Shown in pieces: positions 56,359-64,000 of a stretch of 64,000 bases of DNA. Numbering within the stretch: position 1 is the stretch's first letter; each line of letters opens with the position of its first letter. The stretch spans positions 288,001 through 352,000 of the forward strand of contig CAVSQW010000007.1 in assembly GCA_963730185.1 (NCBI GenBank), written 5' to 3'. The notes beneath the pieces are model-generated. The model worked only from the letters and a program-made list of their open reading frames with translations. It was not told the DNA's origin and searched no databases. The stretch comes from an uncultured Gemmatimonadales bacterium. Its GTDB lineage: Bacteria; Gemmatimonadota; Gemmatimonadetes; Gemmatimonadales; GWC2-71-9. A program made the translations under genes and the position numbers.

Positions 56359-56600
56359 CGTTCGACTGGAGGAGTGCCCTTAGGATAGTGCGGGAGCCGA
56401 GCCAGAGCCAGCCGAGATCCGTGGGTGGCCCACCGCTTGCCCCTTCAGCGGCGAGACGGCAGGAGTTGCCCGTTTCATGGGGGGCCGAGCGGGGACGGGC
56501 CGCCATGATCCGGCAGGACTTGCCGATCGGCCCGGTCGATGACGGCCGGCCGCCGGCGGGACGATCCCGGGCAGAAGCCCACGAACTCCAGGAGGAGGGG

Positions 56601-56870
56601 ATGGCAAGGTCGGTCGCGCACCGTCGGGTGCAGTGGTGCAATCGCAACGTGGAGTGGACGGCGATCGCCGCGGACGAGGGCGGGGAGCCCACGCCGCGGA
56701 ACACGGTCTGGAGCTACGAGCTGGACGGCATGCACTATTTCGGCTTCGTGTTCGACCCCGCCGAGGCCGAGACGACGACCAGGCAGCGGGCGCTCAACTG
56801 GCTCAACCGCTACCATCTCATCATCCGTCGCGAGCACCTCGCGATCGAGCCGCTCTCGTCGCTGCACTAG
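56601..56870 (+). CDS. Hypothetical protein
   Basis: RBS GGAGGAGG, coding-like composition MARSVAHRRVQW... Confidence 0.6.
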   Translation: MARSVAHRRVQWCNRNVEWTAIAADEGGEPTPRNTVWSYELDGMHYFGFVFDPAEAETTTRQRALNWLNRYHLIIRREHLAIEPLSSLH

Positions 56871-56938
56871 GTGCGTTCTTCGATTACATTCCCGCCGAAA
56901 AGCGAAGCTCCTCCATCGATTCAACCCGGAGTAGGCCA

Positions 56939-57796
56939 ATGGCCATCATCTGGATGAACGGCGCCTGGGTGGACAAGGCCGCCGCCAAGATCTCGGTGTT
57001 CGACCATGGGCTTCTCTACGGCGACGGGGTGTTCGAGGGAATCAGGGCCTATCGTGGTCGGGTTTTTCGGCTCCCGCCGCACGTCGACCGGCTGTTCGAC
57101 TCGGCCCGGGCCATCGCCCTCAACGTCCCGATGAAGAAGCCCGAGGTGACCGCCTTGATCGAGGAGGGCGTCGCCCAGCTGGGCCTCCAGGAAGCCTACA
57201 TTCGGCCCCTCGTCACCCGCGGCGTCGGTGACTTGGGCATCGATCCCCGGAAGTGCACCGATCCCTCGCTGATCATCATCGTCGACTCGATCAAGATGTG
57301 GGCGCCAGATCGCTACGAGAACGGGCTCAGCGTGATCACGGCGGGAACGCCCATTCCCCATCGCGAGGCGCTCTCGCCGCGGGTCAAGTCGCTGAACTAC
57401 CTGCCGCACGTGCTGGCCAAGCAGGAAGCCAACGTGGCCGGCGCCGACGACGCGCTGATGCTCGACCCGAGCGGTCACGTGTGCGAAGGCACCGGGATGA
57501 ACATCTGGGCCGTGAAGGACGGCGTGCTCAAGACCCCGCCGCCCCACGCCGGCATTCTACTGGGCGTGACCCGGGCCCTCATCTTCGAGCTGGCCCAGGA
57601 GGCGGGGCACTCGGCCGTCGAGGCCATGCTCAACCGGTACGATCTCTACACCGCCGACGAGGTCTTCCTCTGCGGCACCGGCGCCGAGATCGCGCCGGTC
57701 CGCCAGGTGGACGGCCGTCCGGTCGGTGAAGGCAAGCCCGGTCCGATCACCCAGGACCTGATGCGGCGCTTCCGGGCCTTGACGCGCGGAGACTAG
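56939..57796 (+). CDS. ilvE: Branched-chain amino acid aminotransferase
   Basis: IWMNG, DHGLLYGDGVFEGIRAY, KSLNYL (PLP Lys), EGTG.N, ILLGVTR, ADEVFL.GT.AEI. Confidence 0.95.
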   Translation: MAIIWMNGAWVDKAAAKISVFDHGLLYGDGVFEGIRAYRGRVFRLPPHVDRLFDSARAIALNVPMKKPEVTALIEEGVAQLGLQEAYIRPLVTRGVGDLGIDPRKCTDPSLIIIVDSIKMWAPDRYENGLSVITAGTPIPHREALSPRVKSLNYLPHVLAKQEANVAGADDALMLDPSGHVCEGTGMNIWAVKDGVLKTPPPHAGILLGVTRALIFELAQEAGHSAVEAMLNRYDLYTADEVFLCGTGAEIAPVRQVDGRPVGEGKPGPITQDLMRRFRALTRGD

Positions 57797-57878
57797 GGCA
57801 CCCGAGTGGGCGGGCGGGTGGGCGGGCCCTTGCCCCTCGTCCTTGCCCCCCCTCTCACCCTGTCTCATATTCGATCCC

Positions 57879-58124
57879 ATGGCGTGGCGCATGCTCGAGG
57901 TTGGCGACGAGGTGTGGAACGTCTCGGTCGCGGCGGAGCGCCGGGCGAACTCGGAGCAATGGGCGCTCGTGCTGTCGTTCCGTGGCACCGGGCCGAGCCC
58001 TCGGCGGTTTTGGGCGCCGTACCCGATTCAGGCATCATCCAAGGCTGCCGTCTATACTCAGGCCGAGCGTATCTCCGACCACGATCTGGCGGAGATTCTG
58101 GCCGACCATCTGGGCCGTCTATGA
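57879..58124 (+). CDS. Hypothetical protein
   Basis: MAWRMLEVGDEVWNV...; ATGA-coupled to the next gene. Confidence 0.65.
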   Translation: MAWRMLEVGDEVWNVSVAAERRANSEQWALVLSFRGTGPSPRRFWAPYPIQASSKAAVYTQAERISDHDLAEILADHLGRL

Positions 58125-58381
58125 CCAGGCTGCAAATCCCGGTGCAGGATCTCAGGCGAGTGGCCGCCTCGCTGCAACAGCTGCGCGGCGAGGAGATCGG
58201 CGACTGCGTCATGCGTTCCGACCTGCGCCAGCTCCGGATCGAGCTCAGCGATGGCCGGATGGTTGTCGTGGCCATCGAGGCCGACGAGAGCGGTCGTCCC
58301 CATCTGGCCGTCGACGTGGTGGCGCCCATCGACGAAGTGAGCCGACAGTTGGACGTCGGCTTGGACGCTCGGGTCGAGTGA
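58121..58381 (+). CDS. Hypothetical protein
   Basis: MTRLQIPVQD...; overlaps both neighbours by 4 nt. Confidence 0.65.
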   Translation: MTRLQIPVQDLRRVAASLQQLRGEEIGDCVMRSDLRQLRIELSDGRMVVVAIEADESGRPHLAVDVVAPIDEVSRQLDVGLDARVE

Positions 58382-58791
58382 GCGGCGACGCGCGCGGGCG
58401 GCTTCGGTTCTCCGACTTCCAGTTGGAACGGACGGCGACCGGACAATGCCGCGCGCGCGTGGCGCTGGCCTGGCCCAGCCACAAGCCCTGCGTCGGCGAA
58501 GCCGCCGGGCTGGCCTCCCAGGCCGGCGAGATGCGGTGCGCCGCCCAGGCCTGCATCCACGCCATCGCGCAGGCCACCGGCGACGCCAAGTTCGAGCTGG
58601 TCGGGGTCAAGGCGGTGCGAGCCTTCGACGCCACCGTGGTCATTGCTTCGCTGGCGACCCAGGGCTCCTTGGACGGACCGCGGGTGGTTGGGTCGTCCCT
58701 GGTGCAGGACGACGTCCCGCGGGGAGCGGCGCTGGCCGTGCTCAATGCGACCAATCGGCTTCTCAGCGGCCGTCCCACCCCCCGTCGATAA
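58378..58791 (+). CDS. Hypothetical protein, possibly LeuA-allosteric-like fold
   Basis: Duplicated beta-beta-beta-alpha pattern: ARV.L...VGEAAG...AAQACIHAI and VVGS....D..RGAALAVLNATNR. Confidence 0.6.
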   Translation: MSGDARGRLRFSDFQLERTATGQCRARVALAWPSHKPCVGEAAGLASQAGEMRCAAQACIHAIAQATGDAKFELVGVKAVRAFDATVVIASLATQGSLDGPRVVGSSLVQDDVPRGAALAVLNATNRLLSGRPTPRR

Positions 58792-58973
58792 CGCTCCAGC
58801 TGTAAGATCTGCAACGGTTTCGGCCCTCTCGGCATCCCCTGGATCGTGGCTTGCAGTTGTCGTCCCCGGATCGGGGGCCTAGCTTAATGCGATTCGGCCC
58901 TCGGGCCGATGCTTGTTCCTGGGTCGGGCGTTATCGGTTCGGCCTCGCTTCACGTCAGGATGGACGAGGTCCC

Positions 58974-60713
58974 ATGAAGCCTTGGGCTTTTCTCGCCGCC
59001 GCGAGCCTTACCGTCGGGTGCGCCTCCACCGGGCATCTGGTCGGTACCCCGGACCCGGTCCAGCCCGAGTCCGAGCCGTCGGTCGTCCCGAGTCCGGTGC
59101 CGGTCGTGGCCGAGTCGCCGGCGCCGCCGTCGGTCACGAGAGCACCGCTCCCGGGCCTCGACACCGTCGCCCTGCAGAAGCTCGCCGCCGATTCCGCCCG
59201 CGACGCCGAAGTCCTCGAACAGCTCCAGGACGCTGAGCCGGCCAACGCCGATTCCGGCGCGGACCTCGACCTGGCCTCGCTGTTCGACATCAACGTCGCC
59301 CGCTACGCCGACAACCCGCGGGTCCACTACTACCTCGATTTCTTTCAGGGTCCGGCCCGCGACCGGATGACCATCTGGCTCCAGCGGCTCCCGAAGTACG
59401 AGCCGATGGTCCGCCGGGTCTTTTCCGACCATGGTCTCCCCGGCGATCTCGTCTATCTCGGCATCGTGGAGTCCGGTTTTTCCAACACCGCCGTGAGCCG
59501 CTCCCGCGCGGTCGGAATGTGGCAGTTCATGCGGGCGACCGGCCGGGAGTACGGCCTCCGGATCGACCGTTGGGTCGACGAGCGCCGCGACCCGGTCAAG
59601 GCCACCGACGCCGCGGCCCGCTACCTGGCTGACCTCACCGCGCAGTTCGGTTCGCACTACTTGGCCGCCGCCGCCTACAACGGAGGCGCCGGTCGGGTCC
59701 AGCGCGGACTCCGTCGCCTGGGCGATCCGCCGGCCGCCGATGAGGCCGACGAACAGGACCCCGCCGACGAGGCGATCGCCGACGATCAGTTCTTCCGCCT
59801 CTCGGACACCAGGTACCTCCGGCGGGAGACCAAGGACTACGTGCCGAAGCTCATCGCGGCCGCGATGATCGCGAAGCAGCCCGAGAAGTACGGCTTCCCG
59901 CCGATCCCCGACACCGATCCGTTCGCCGTCGACTCCCTGCCGGTGACCAAGCCGACCAGCCTGGAAGTCGTTGCCCGGGTCAGCGGCACGCCGCTCGACC
60001 AGATCGTGGGCCTCAACCCGTCGCTGCTCCGGCGGGTGACCCCGCCCGGCGCCACCTCGTGGATCCGGGTGCCGGTCGGGAAGGCCCTCGTCACCAGCGA
60101 CAGCCTGGCGTCGCTGCCGGCGGACGACCGAATCCTGTTCGCCTCCCACACCGTCCGCCGGGGCGAGACCATGGGCGGCATCGCGGCCCGCTACGGCATC
60201 AGCCTGGGTGAGCTGACCGACCTGAACCCGCGGGTCCACCCCCGCTCGCTCCGGGTCGGCAGCGAGCTTCGCGTACCCTCGCGCTCCGCCGGCCGGGTCA
60301 TGGCCGACGAAGTCGAGACCGAGCGGGCGCCGAACGGCATCCACGTGGTGCGCCGGGGCGAGACGCTGAGTGGCATCGCCAACCGGTTCGGGACCACCGT
60401 CTCCCAGCTCCAGGCGATGAACGAGCTCGGTCGCTCCACCTCGATCCGCTCCGGTCAACGGGTGGTGGTGAGCGGCGGCCGTGGGTCGTCGCGGACTCGG
60501 GCCAGCGCCAAGGCAAAGGCCCCCGCCTCGTCGCGGGCTCGGACCGGCTCCAAGGCAAAGGGCCCCGCCTCGACGCATCTGGTGCGTCGGGGCGAGACCC
60601 TGTCGGAGCTCTCGCGTCGTTACGGCGTGAGCGTCAAGACGCTCATGCGGCTCAACGGCCTCCGCTCGGCCAGCTCGCTCCGGGCCGGACAGCGGATCAA
60701 GACCGGGGCCTGA
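58974..60713 (+). CDS. mltD: Membrane-bound lytic murein transglycosylase D-like lipoprotein with LysM repeats
   Basis: Lipobox LTVGC; LP.DLVYL.IVESGF, AVGMWQFM..TG..YGL, AAYNGG.GRV, ETKDYVPK; three H.VRRGETL/M LysM domains. Confidence 0.9.
   Translation: MKPWAFLAAASLTVGCASTGHLVGTPDPVQPESEPSVVPSPVPVVAESPAPPSVTRAPLPGLDTVALQKLAADSARDAEVLEQLQDAEPANADSGADLDLASLFDINVARYADNPRVHYYLDFFQGPARDRMTIWLQRLPKYEPMVRRVFSDHGLPGDLVYLGIVESGFSNTAVSRSRAVGMWQFMRATGREYGLRIDRWVDERRDPVKATDAAARYLADLTAQFGSHYLAAAAYNGGAGRVQRGLRRLGDPPAADEADEQDPADEAIADDQFFRLSDTRYLRRETKDYVPKLIAAAMIAKQPEKYGFPPIPDTDPFAVDSLPVTKPTSLEVVARVSGTPLDQIVGLNPSLLRRVTPPGATSWIRVPVGKALVTSDSLASLPADDRILFASHTVRRGETMGGIAARYGISLGELTDLNPRVHPRSLRVGSELRVPSRSAGRVMADEVETERAPNGIHVVRRGETLSGIANRFGTTVSQLQAMNELGRSTSIRSGQRVVVSGGRGSSRTRASAKAKAPASSRARTGSKAKGPASTHLVRRGETLSELSRRYGVSVKTLMRLNGLRSASSLRAGQRIKTGA
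60486..60569 (+). repeat. 42-bp in-frame tandem duplication in the MltD linker
   Basis: SSRTRASAKAKAPA / SSRARTGSKAKGPA. Confidence 0.8.
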
Positions 60714-60735
60714 CCCTCCACCGGTCTCCGGCGGC

Positions 60736-61437
60736 TCACTGCCCGCCGGCCGGCCGGTCCCTCACTCCCTTCATCACCGCCTGCGCGTAGCGCGAACCCG
60801 GCTGCACGTCCGTCGTGTCGGCCAGCGAGAGCACGGCGCCGGTGGGCCCCAGGTTGTAGGCCCGGAGCGCGAGCTCCAGGTCGTAGCCGAACTGCCGGAG
60901 CAGCTTGTGGAGGATCCGGAAGCCGATCCGGAGATTGGTGTCGGGATCGAGCAGCCGCCGCTCGGTCAGGGTGGAGTCGTACGCCAGCCCGGTCCGGAGC
61001 TGCACCTGGGTCAGCCCCAGGGCGTTGGCCGAGCTCCGAGCCCGGGACCGGAAAGCGCTCTCGACCTTGACCAGCTGGAAGCCCAGGGACGGATGGATGT
61101 CCTCGGCCAGGGCGGCGTCGTACACCTTGGTCGCCATGGCGAAGGGGACCTGGTAGAGCGTCGAATAGCGGGCCACCGCCTTGTAGCGGTCGAGCTCCAG
61201 CTGATTCACCGCCAACTTGCCGCGAGCCTCGTCCAGCTCGCCCATGAGACGCCCCACCTCGGCGTTGGCGCTGTCTACCACCGGGATCGGCGCGTCGGCC
61301 GCATCCGCTTGATCGAAGCTGGCAAAGCCCGCACCCGCGAGCAGCCCTCCGGCGACCAGCGACCCGGCGTGACCGAGCCAGCGGGCGATCCTGCTCCGCC
61401 GCCGCGCGCGTCGAATCGTCGTTCTCGTCAGAGTCAT
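60736..61437 (-). CDS. SLT-domain lytic transglycosylase
   Basis: LVKVES.F...ARS..NALGLTQV, L.DP.TNLRIG, LALRAYN.GP. Confidence 0.88.
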   Translation of the reverse strand: MTLTRTTIRRARRRSRIARWLGHAGSLVAGGLLAGAGFASFDQADAADAPIPVVDSANAEVGRLMGELDEARGKLAVNQLELDRYKAVARYSTLYQVPFAMATKVYDAALAEDIHPSLGFQLVKVESAFRSRARSSANALGLTQVQLRTGLAYDSTLTERRLLDPDTNLRIGFRILHKLLRQFGYDLELALRAYNLGPTGAVLSLADTTDVQPGSRYAQAVMKGVRDRPAGGQ

Positions 61438-61457
61438 GTTCTCCTCCCCTTCGGTAT

Positions 61458-61949
61458 TCATGAGTGGTCGGCCGGTCGGTCGGCCGTCCACTCCCCGCTC
61501 CGCCCCCCGCGCTTGGCGAGGAGGCGGATGCCTTCGATCCGCATCCCGCGGTCGACGGCCTTCACCATGTCGTAGACGGCGAGGGCCGCCACCGCCACCG
61601 CGGTGAGCGCCTCCATCTCCACTCCGGTACGACCCGTCACCCGGGCGGTGCCCACCACCCGGATCCCGGGCAGCTCGGGCATCAGCTCCAGGTCCACCGC
61701 CAGGTCGTCGAGGCCCAGCGGATGGCAGAGCGGAATCAGCTCCGCCGTCCGTTTGCCTCCGCCAATGCCGGCCAGGCGGGCCACCGCCAGCACATCGCCC
61801 TTGGCGACGGTGTTGCTCCGGACCTGCTCGAATGCCTCCGGCGACATCCGGACGAACCCCTCGGCCACCGCTTCACGGGCGGTCACCGGCTTGGCGGAGA
61901 CGTCTACCATCCGGGCGCGGCCGTGCTCGTCCACGTGACTCAGGCCCAC
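61458..61949 (-). CDS. moaC: Cyclic pyranopterin monophosphate synthase MoaC
   Basis: [48 protein letters not shown]. Confidence 0.96.
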   Translation of the reverse strand: MGLSHVDEHGRARMVDVSAKPVTAREAVAEGFVRMSPEAFEQVRSNTVAKGDVLAVARLAGIGGGKRTAELIPLCHPLGLDDLAVDLELMPELPGIRVVGTARVTGRTGVEMEALTAVAVAALAVYDMVKAVDRGMRIEGIRLLAKRGGRSGEWTADRPADHS

Positions 61950-63028
61950 AGCGCCGCCAGCTCCCCGGTCAGATTGGCGAGCACCAGCTGGGGATTCACG
62001 TTCCGCTGGACCGTCTCGCGAGCGGTCTCGACCTTCTCGAGGGCGACGAGCATCCGCTCGGGATCGTCCACATCGCGCAGGGCCTCCGCCACCACCCCGC
62101 CGCGGGGCTTCCCGGATGCGGCGCCGGCTGCCTCTCCCAGTGCCACCGCCAGCCCATCAAGCAAGGCGGAGAAGTCGCCCCGGGCGGCCCAGGGACCCTG
62201 CCTGAGCGAAGCCTCGAACCGGGCCGCGCCCCCCCGGCGGACCGCGCCGAGGAGGTCGTCGACGGCCCGGGCGACGGCGTTCTCGTCGGCGGGAGCCAGG
62301 GCCCGACCCAGGGAGCCTTCGGAGGCCTGGATCCGGGCCGCCCGATCCCGGGCGCTCAGGTCGGGAGCCAGGCTGGTCAGCGCCTCGTCGAGCTCGGCGG
62401 CCGACAGCCGGCCCAGCCGGACGGGGGTGGACCGGGACCGGATCGTCGGCAGCACCCGGGTCGGGTCGGTGGCGGTCAGGATCACCATGGTGCTGGCCGG
62501 CGGCTCCTCGAGGAACTTGAGGAGGCTGTTCGCGGCCTCCTGACTGGCCTCCTGCGGCACGAGCCGGTCGGCGTGGCCCACCAGGACGACCCGGCGCCCG
62601 CCCTCCACCGTGGTGAGGGTGGAGAGCCGGAGGAGCCATCGGGCGCTGGCCACCCCGTGGATCGACATGCCGTCGGGCTCACCGTAGATCGACTGCTTCC
62701 GGCGCCCCTCCATCGTCTCGGCCAGCGCCTCGCGGATCTCCTCGACCTGCTTGTCCTGGTCGCCCGCCTTCGGACGGGGCAGGGGGACGAACCAGTGGAA
62801 GTCGGGGTGAGTCAGGTCGGACACCAGGCGGCAGGCCCGGCACTGCCCGCAGGGCTCTTCGCCGGGCGCCTCGCAGAGGGCCAGCTGGGCGAGCCACAGG
62901 CCCAGGCGCTGCTTCCCCACGCCGGGATCACCGGTGAGGAGCAATACCTGCGGCAATCGCCCTTGGGCGAAGGCCCGGGCGAGCTGTTTCCGCGGGTCGC
63001 GGTGGCCGAAAAGGCGGTGGGTCGGCAT
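61940..63028 (-). CDS. holB: DNA polymerase III subunit delta'
   Basis: G.PGVGK, zinc motif C......[31 protein letters not shown]. Confidence 0.9.
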   Translation of the reverse strand: MPTHRLFGHRDPRKQLARAFAQGRLPQVLLLTGDPGVGKQRLGLWLAQLALCEAPGEEPCGQCRACRLVSDLTHPDFHWFVPLPRPKAGDQDKQVEEIREALAETMEGRRKQSIYGEPDGMSIHGVASARWLLRLSTLTTVEGGRRVVLVGHADRLVPQEASQEAANSLLKFLEEPPASTMVILTATDPTRVLPTIRSRSTPVRLGRLSAAELDEALTSLAPDLSARDRAARIQASEGSLGRALAPADENAVARAVDDLLGAVRRGGAARFEASLRQGPWAARGDFSALLDGLAVALGEAAGAASGKPRGGVVAEALRDVDDPERMLVALEKVETARETVQRNVNPQLVLANLTGELAALWA

Positions 63029-63074
63029 GACGGAACAAGCTAACGACTGCCGAGCCGGAATTGTAGCCGGACGA

Positions 63075-63270
63075 AACTTCCTAAGATGTTGTTTTTCAAT
63101 GATTTAGTGATCCAGGTCTCAACTTTGTTGTCCGATCATGGGACAATCGAATAGCTCGAAATACAAGTAAGTGCTCACTACTGTTTTGTACACACAAGTG
63201 CTCACTATCATTTACTGTGTAAGTAATTGTATAGAAACAAGTTAAATAGATGATTCAATGCTTATGGCCG
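63075..63270. promoter_or_regulatory. AT-rich non-coding island with direct and inverted repeats and IHF-like sites
   Basis: 19/60 G+C at 63181-63240 versus a GC-rich background; AAGTGCTCACTA x2; TTGTCC-N7-GGACAA; CAA-N4-TTA motifs. Confidence 0.6.
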
Positions 63271-63425
63271 AAATGAGAAGCTCTCAGGCTCGAGGTGCAC
63301 CTGGTTGCCGGCTCTCGGCGGGAGTTGGCACTCCGATCGACGGCCGTTTCGGTCGTTGGCCTGGGAGGTTGGCTGGCGCGATCCCGGCCAGGTCGAGGCG
63401 GAACCGGCTTTGGCCCGTGGATGTG

Positions 63426-63454
63426 TTGCTCGCGGGGGAGGGGTGGCATACTTT
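63426..63454 (+). promoter_or_regulatory. Putative sigma70 promoter of tRNA-Asn
   Basis: TTGCTC-N17-TACTTT. Confidence 0.6.
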
Positions 63455-63474
63455 ACTCGCGCCTTTGGGCCCGG

Positions 63475-63547
63475 TCCCGAGTAGCTCAGTTGGTAGAGCA
63501 GCTGACTGTTAATCAGCGGGTCGCAGGTTCGAGTCCTGCCTCGGGAG
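63475..63547 (+). tRNA. tRNA-Asn (anticodon GTT), CCA not encoded
   Basis: Acceptor TCCCGAG/CTCGGGA, anticodon arm GCTGA-CTGTTAA-TCAGC, T arm GCAGG-TTCGAGT-CCTGC. Confidence 0.97.
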
Positions 63548-63566
63548 CTTTCATCGCAACGACTTG

Positions 63567-63592
63567 CGCCGGCGGAGACGTCGGCGTTTTGG
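63567..63592 (+). terminator. Probable intrinsic terminator after tRNA-Asn
   Basis: CGCCGGCG-GAGA-CGTCGGCG followed by TTTT. Confidence 0.6.
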
Positions 63593-63881
63593 TCTCCCGG
63601 CCACGAGTGCGACTGGCGACCGTCCCCAAATCACGAGATCGGAGCACCGCGAATGTCATTGGCGGGGCTTCTGCCGCGATGACTTGCCTGCCTTTGAGGA
63701 CGATCTCTGGTTGTCCAAAGGGATTGTGAGGCGCCGCGCCTGCCCTCGTCCCGACGAGCTAGTCCGAATTTCAACCCTCGGTCCTCCACTCGGACGATAC
63801 TGGTCCCGCGGCCACGTCTCTACTATTGGCGAGCGGTCTAACCGACCGCAGGCTCGAACCCGAACCCGCGAGGGCACGACC

Positions 63882-64000
63882 ATGAAAGACAGCATCAAGG
63901 ACCAGGCGAAGGGCAAGCTCCACGAGGTGAAAGGCACGATCAAGGAGCAGGCCGGGAAGATCACGAAGAATCGCGCGCTGGAGGACCGGGGCAGGAACGA
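63882..64000 (+). CDS. CsbD family general stress protein, 3' end outside the window
   Basis: MKDSIKDQAKGKLHEVKGTIKEQAGKITKNRALEDRGRN. Confidence 0.85.
   Translation, partial: MKDSIKDQAKGKLHEVKGTIKEQAGKITKNRALEDRGRN

Noticed and set aside
63220..63247. dif site (ends in GTTAAAT like the XerD arm)
   Set aside because: The XerD arm matches only partly (ACAAGTTAAAT) and there is no XerC-like arm with the ATAA/TTAT dyad.

Overview
High-GC bacterial chromosome segment, most likely Gemmatimonadota. This is inferred from the gene repertoire (BTAD/TPR regulators, Ser/Thr kinase-TPR, ADOP permease, VPS10/BNR protein, many AxAQ-type signal peptides). It runs from tRNA-Lys(TTT) near 2 kb to tRNA-Asn(GTT) near 63.5 kb. 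The left two-thirds is accessory: secreted peptidases, a quinohemoprotein PQQ dehydrogenase with a possible lanthanide-binding Asp, transporters and several deleted gene remnants. The right third is mostly housekeeping (gdhA, panB, P450-ferredoxin, Leu/Phe/Val dehydrogenase, rpsU, csp, sixA, ilvE, mltD, moaC, holB). The best candidate for an undescribed system is a ~12 kb, 13-gene, largely translationally coupled cluster (22.3-34.1 kb) that is divergent from two membrane-anchored SARP/BTAD-TPR regulators. It encodes a CsgG/HfaB-family protein, a degenerate OmpA-like protein, DUF11 and Fn3-like proteins, Yip1, and four tandem paralogs of an unrecognised, possibly C2-like domain (DGK.DE...VWEWDG...DRP...RVERxP), one fused to FG-GAP repeats. 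Other notable items are an IR-flanked microsatellite element after tRNA-Lys, a 48-aa Cys-rich small ORF next to a Ser/Thr kinase, and an AT-rich repeat-bearing island before tRNA-Asn. Several single-base frameshifts look like long-read errors. All calls come from reading motifs by eye; no searches were run.
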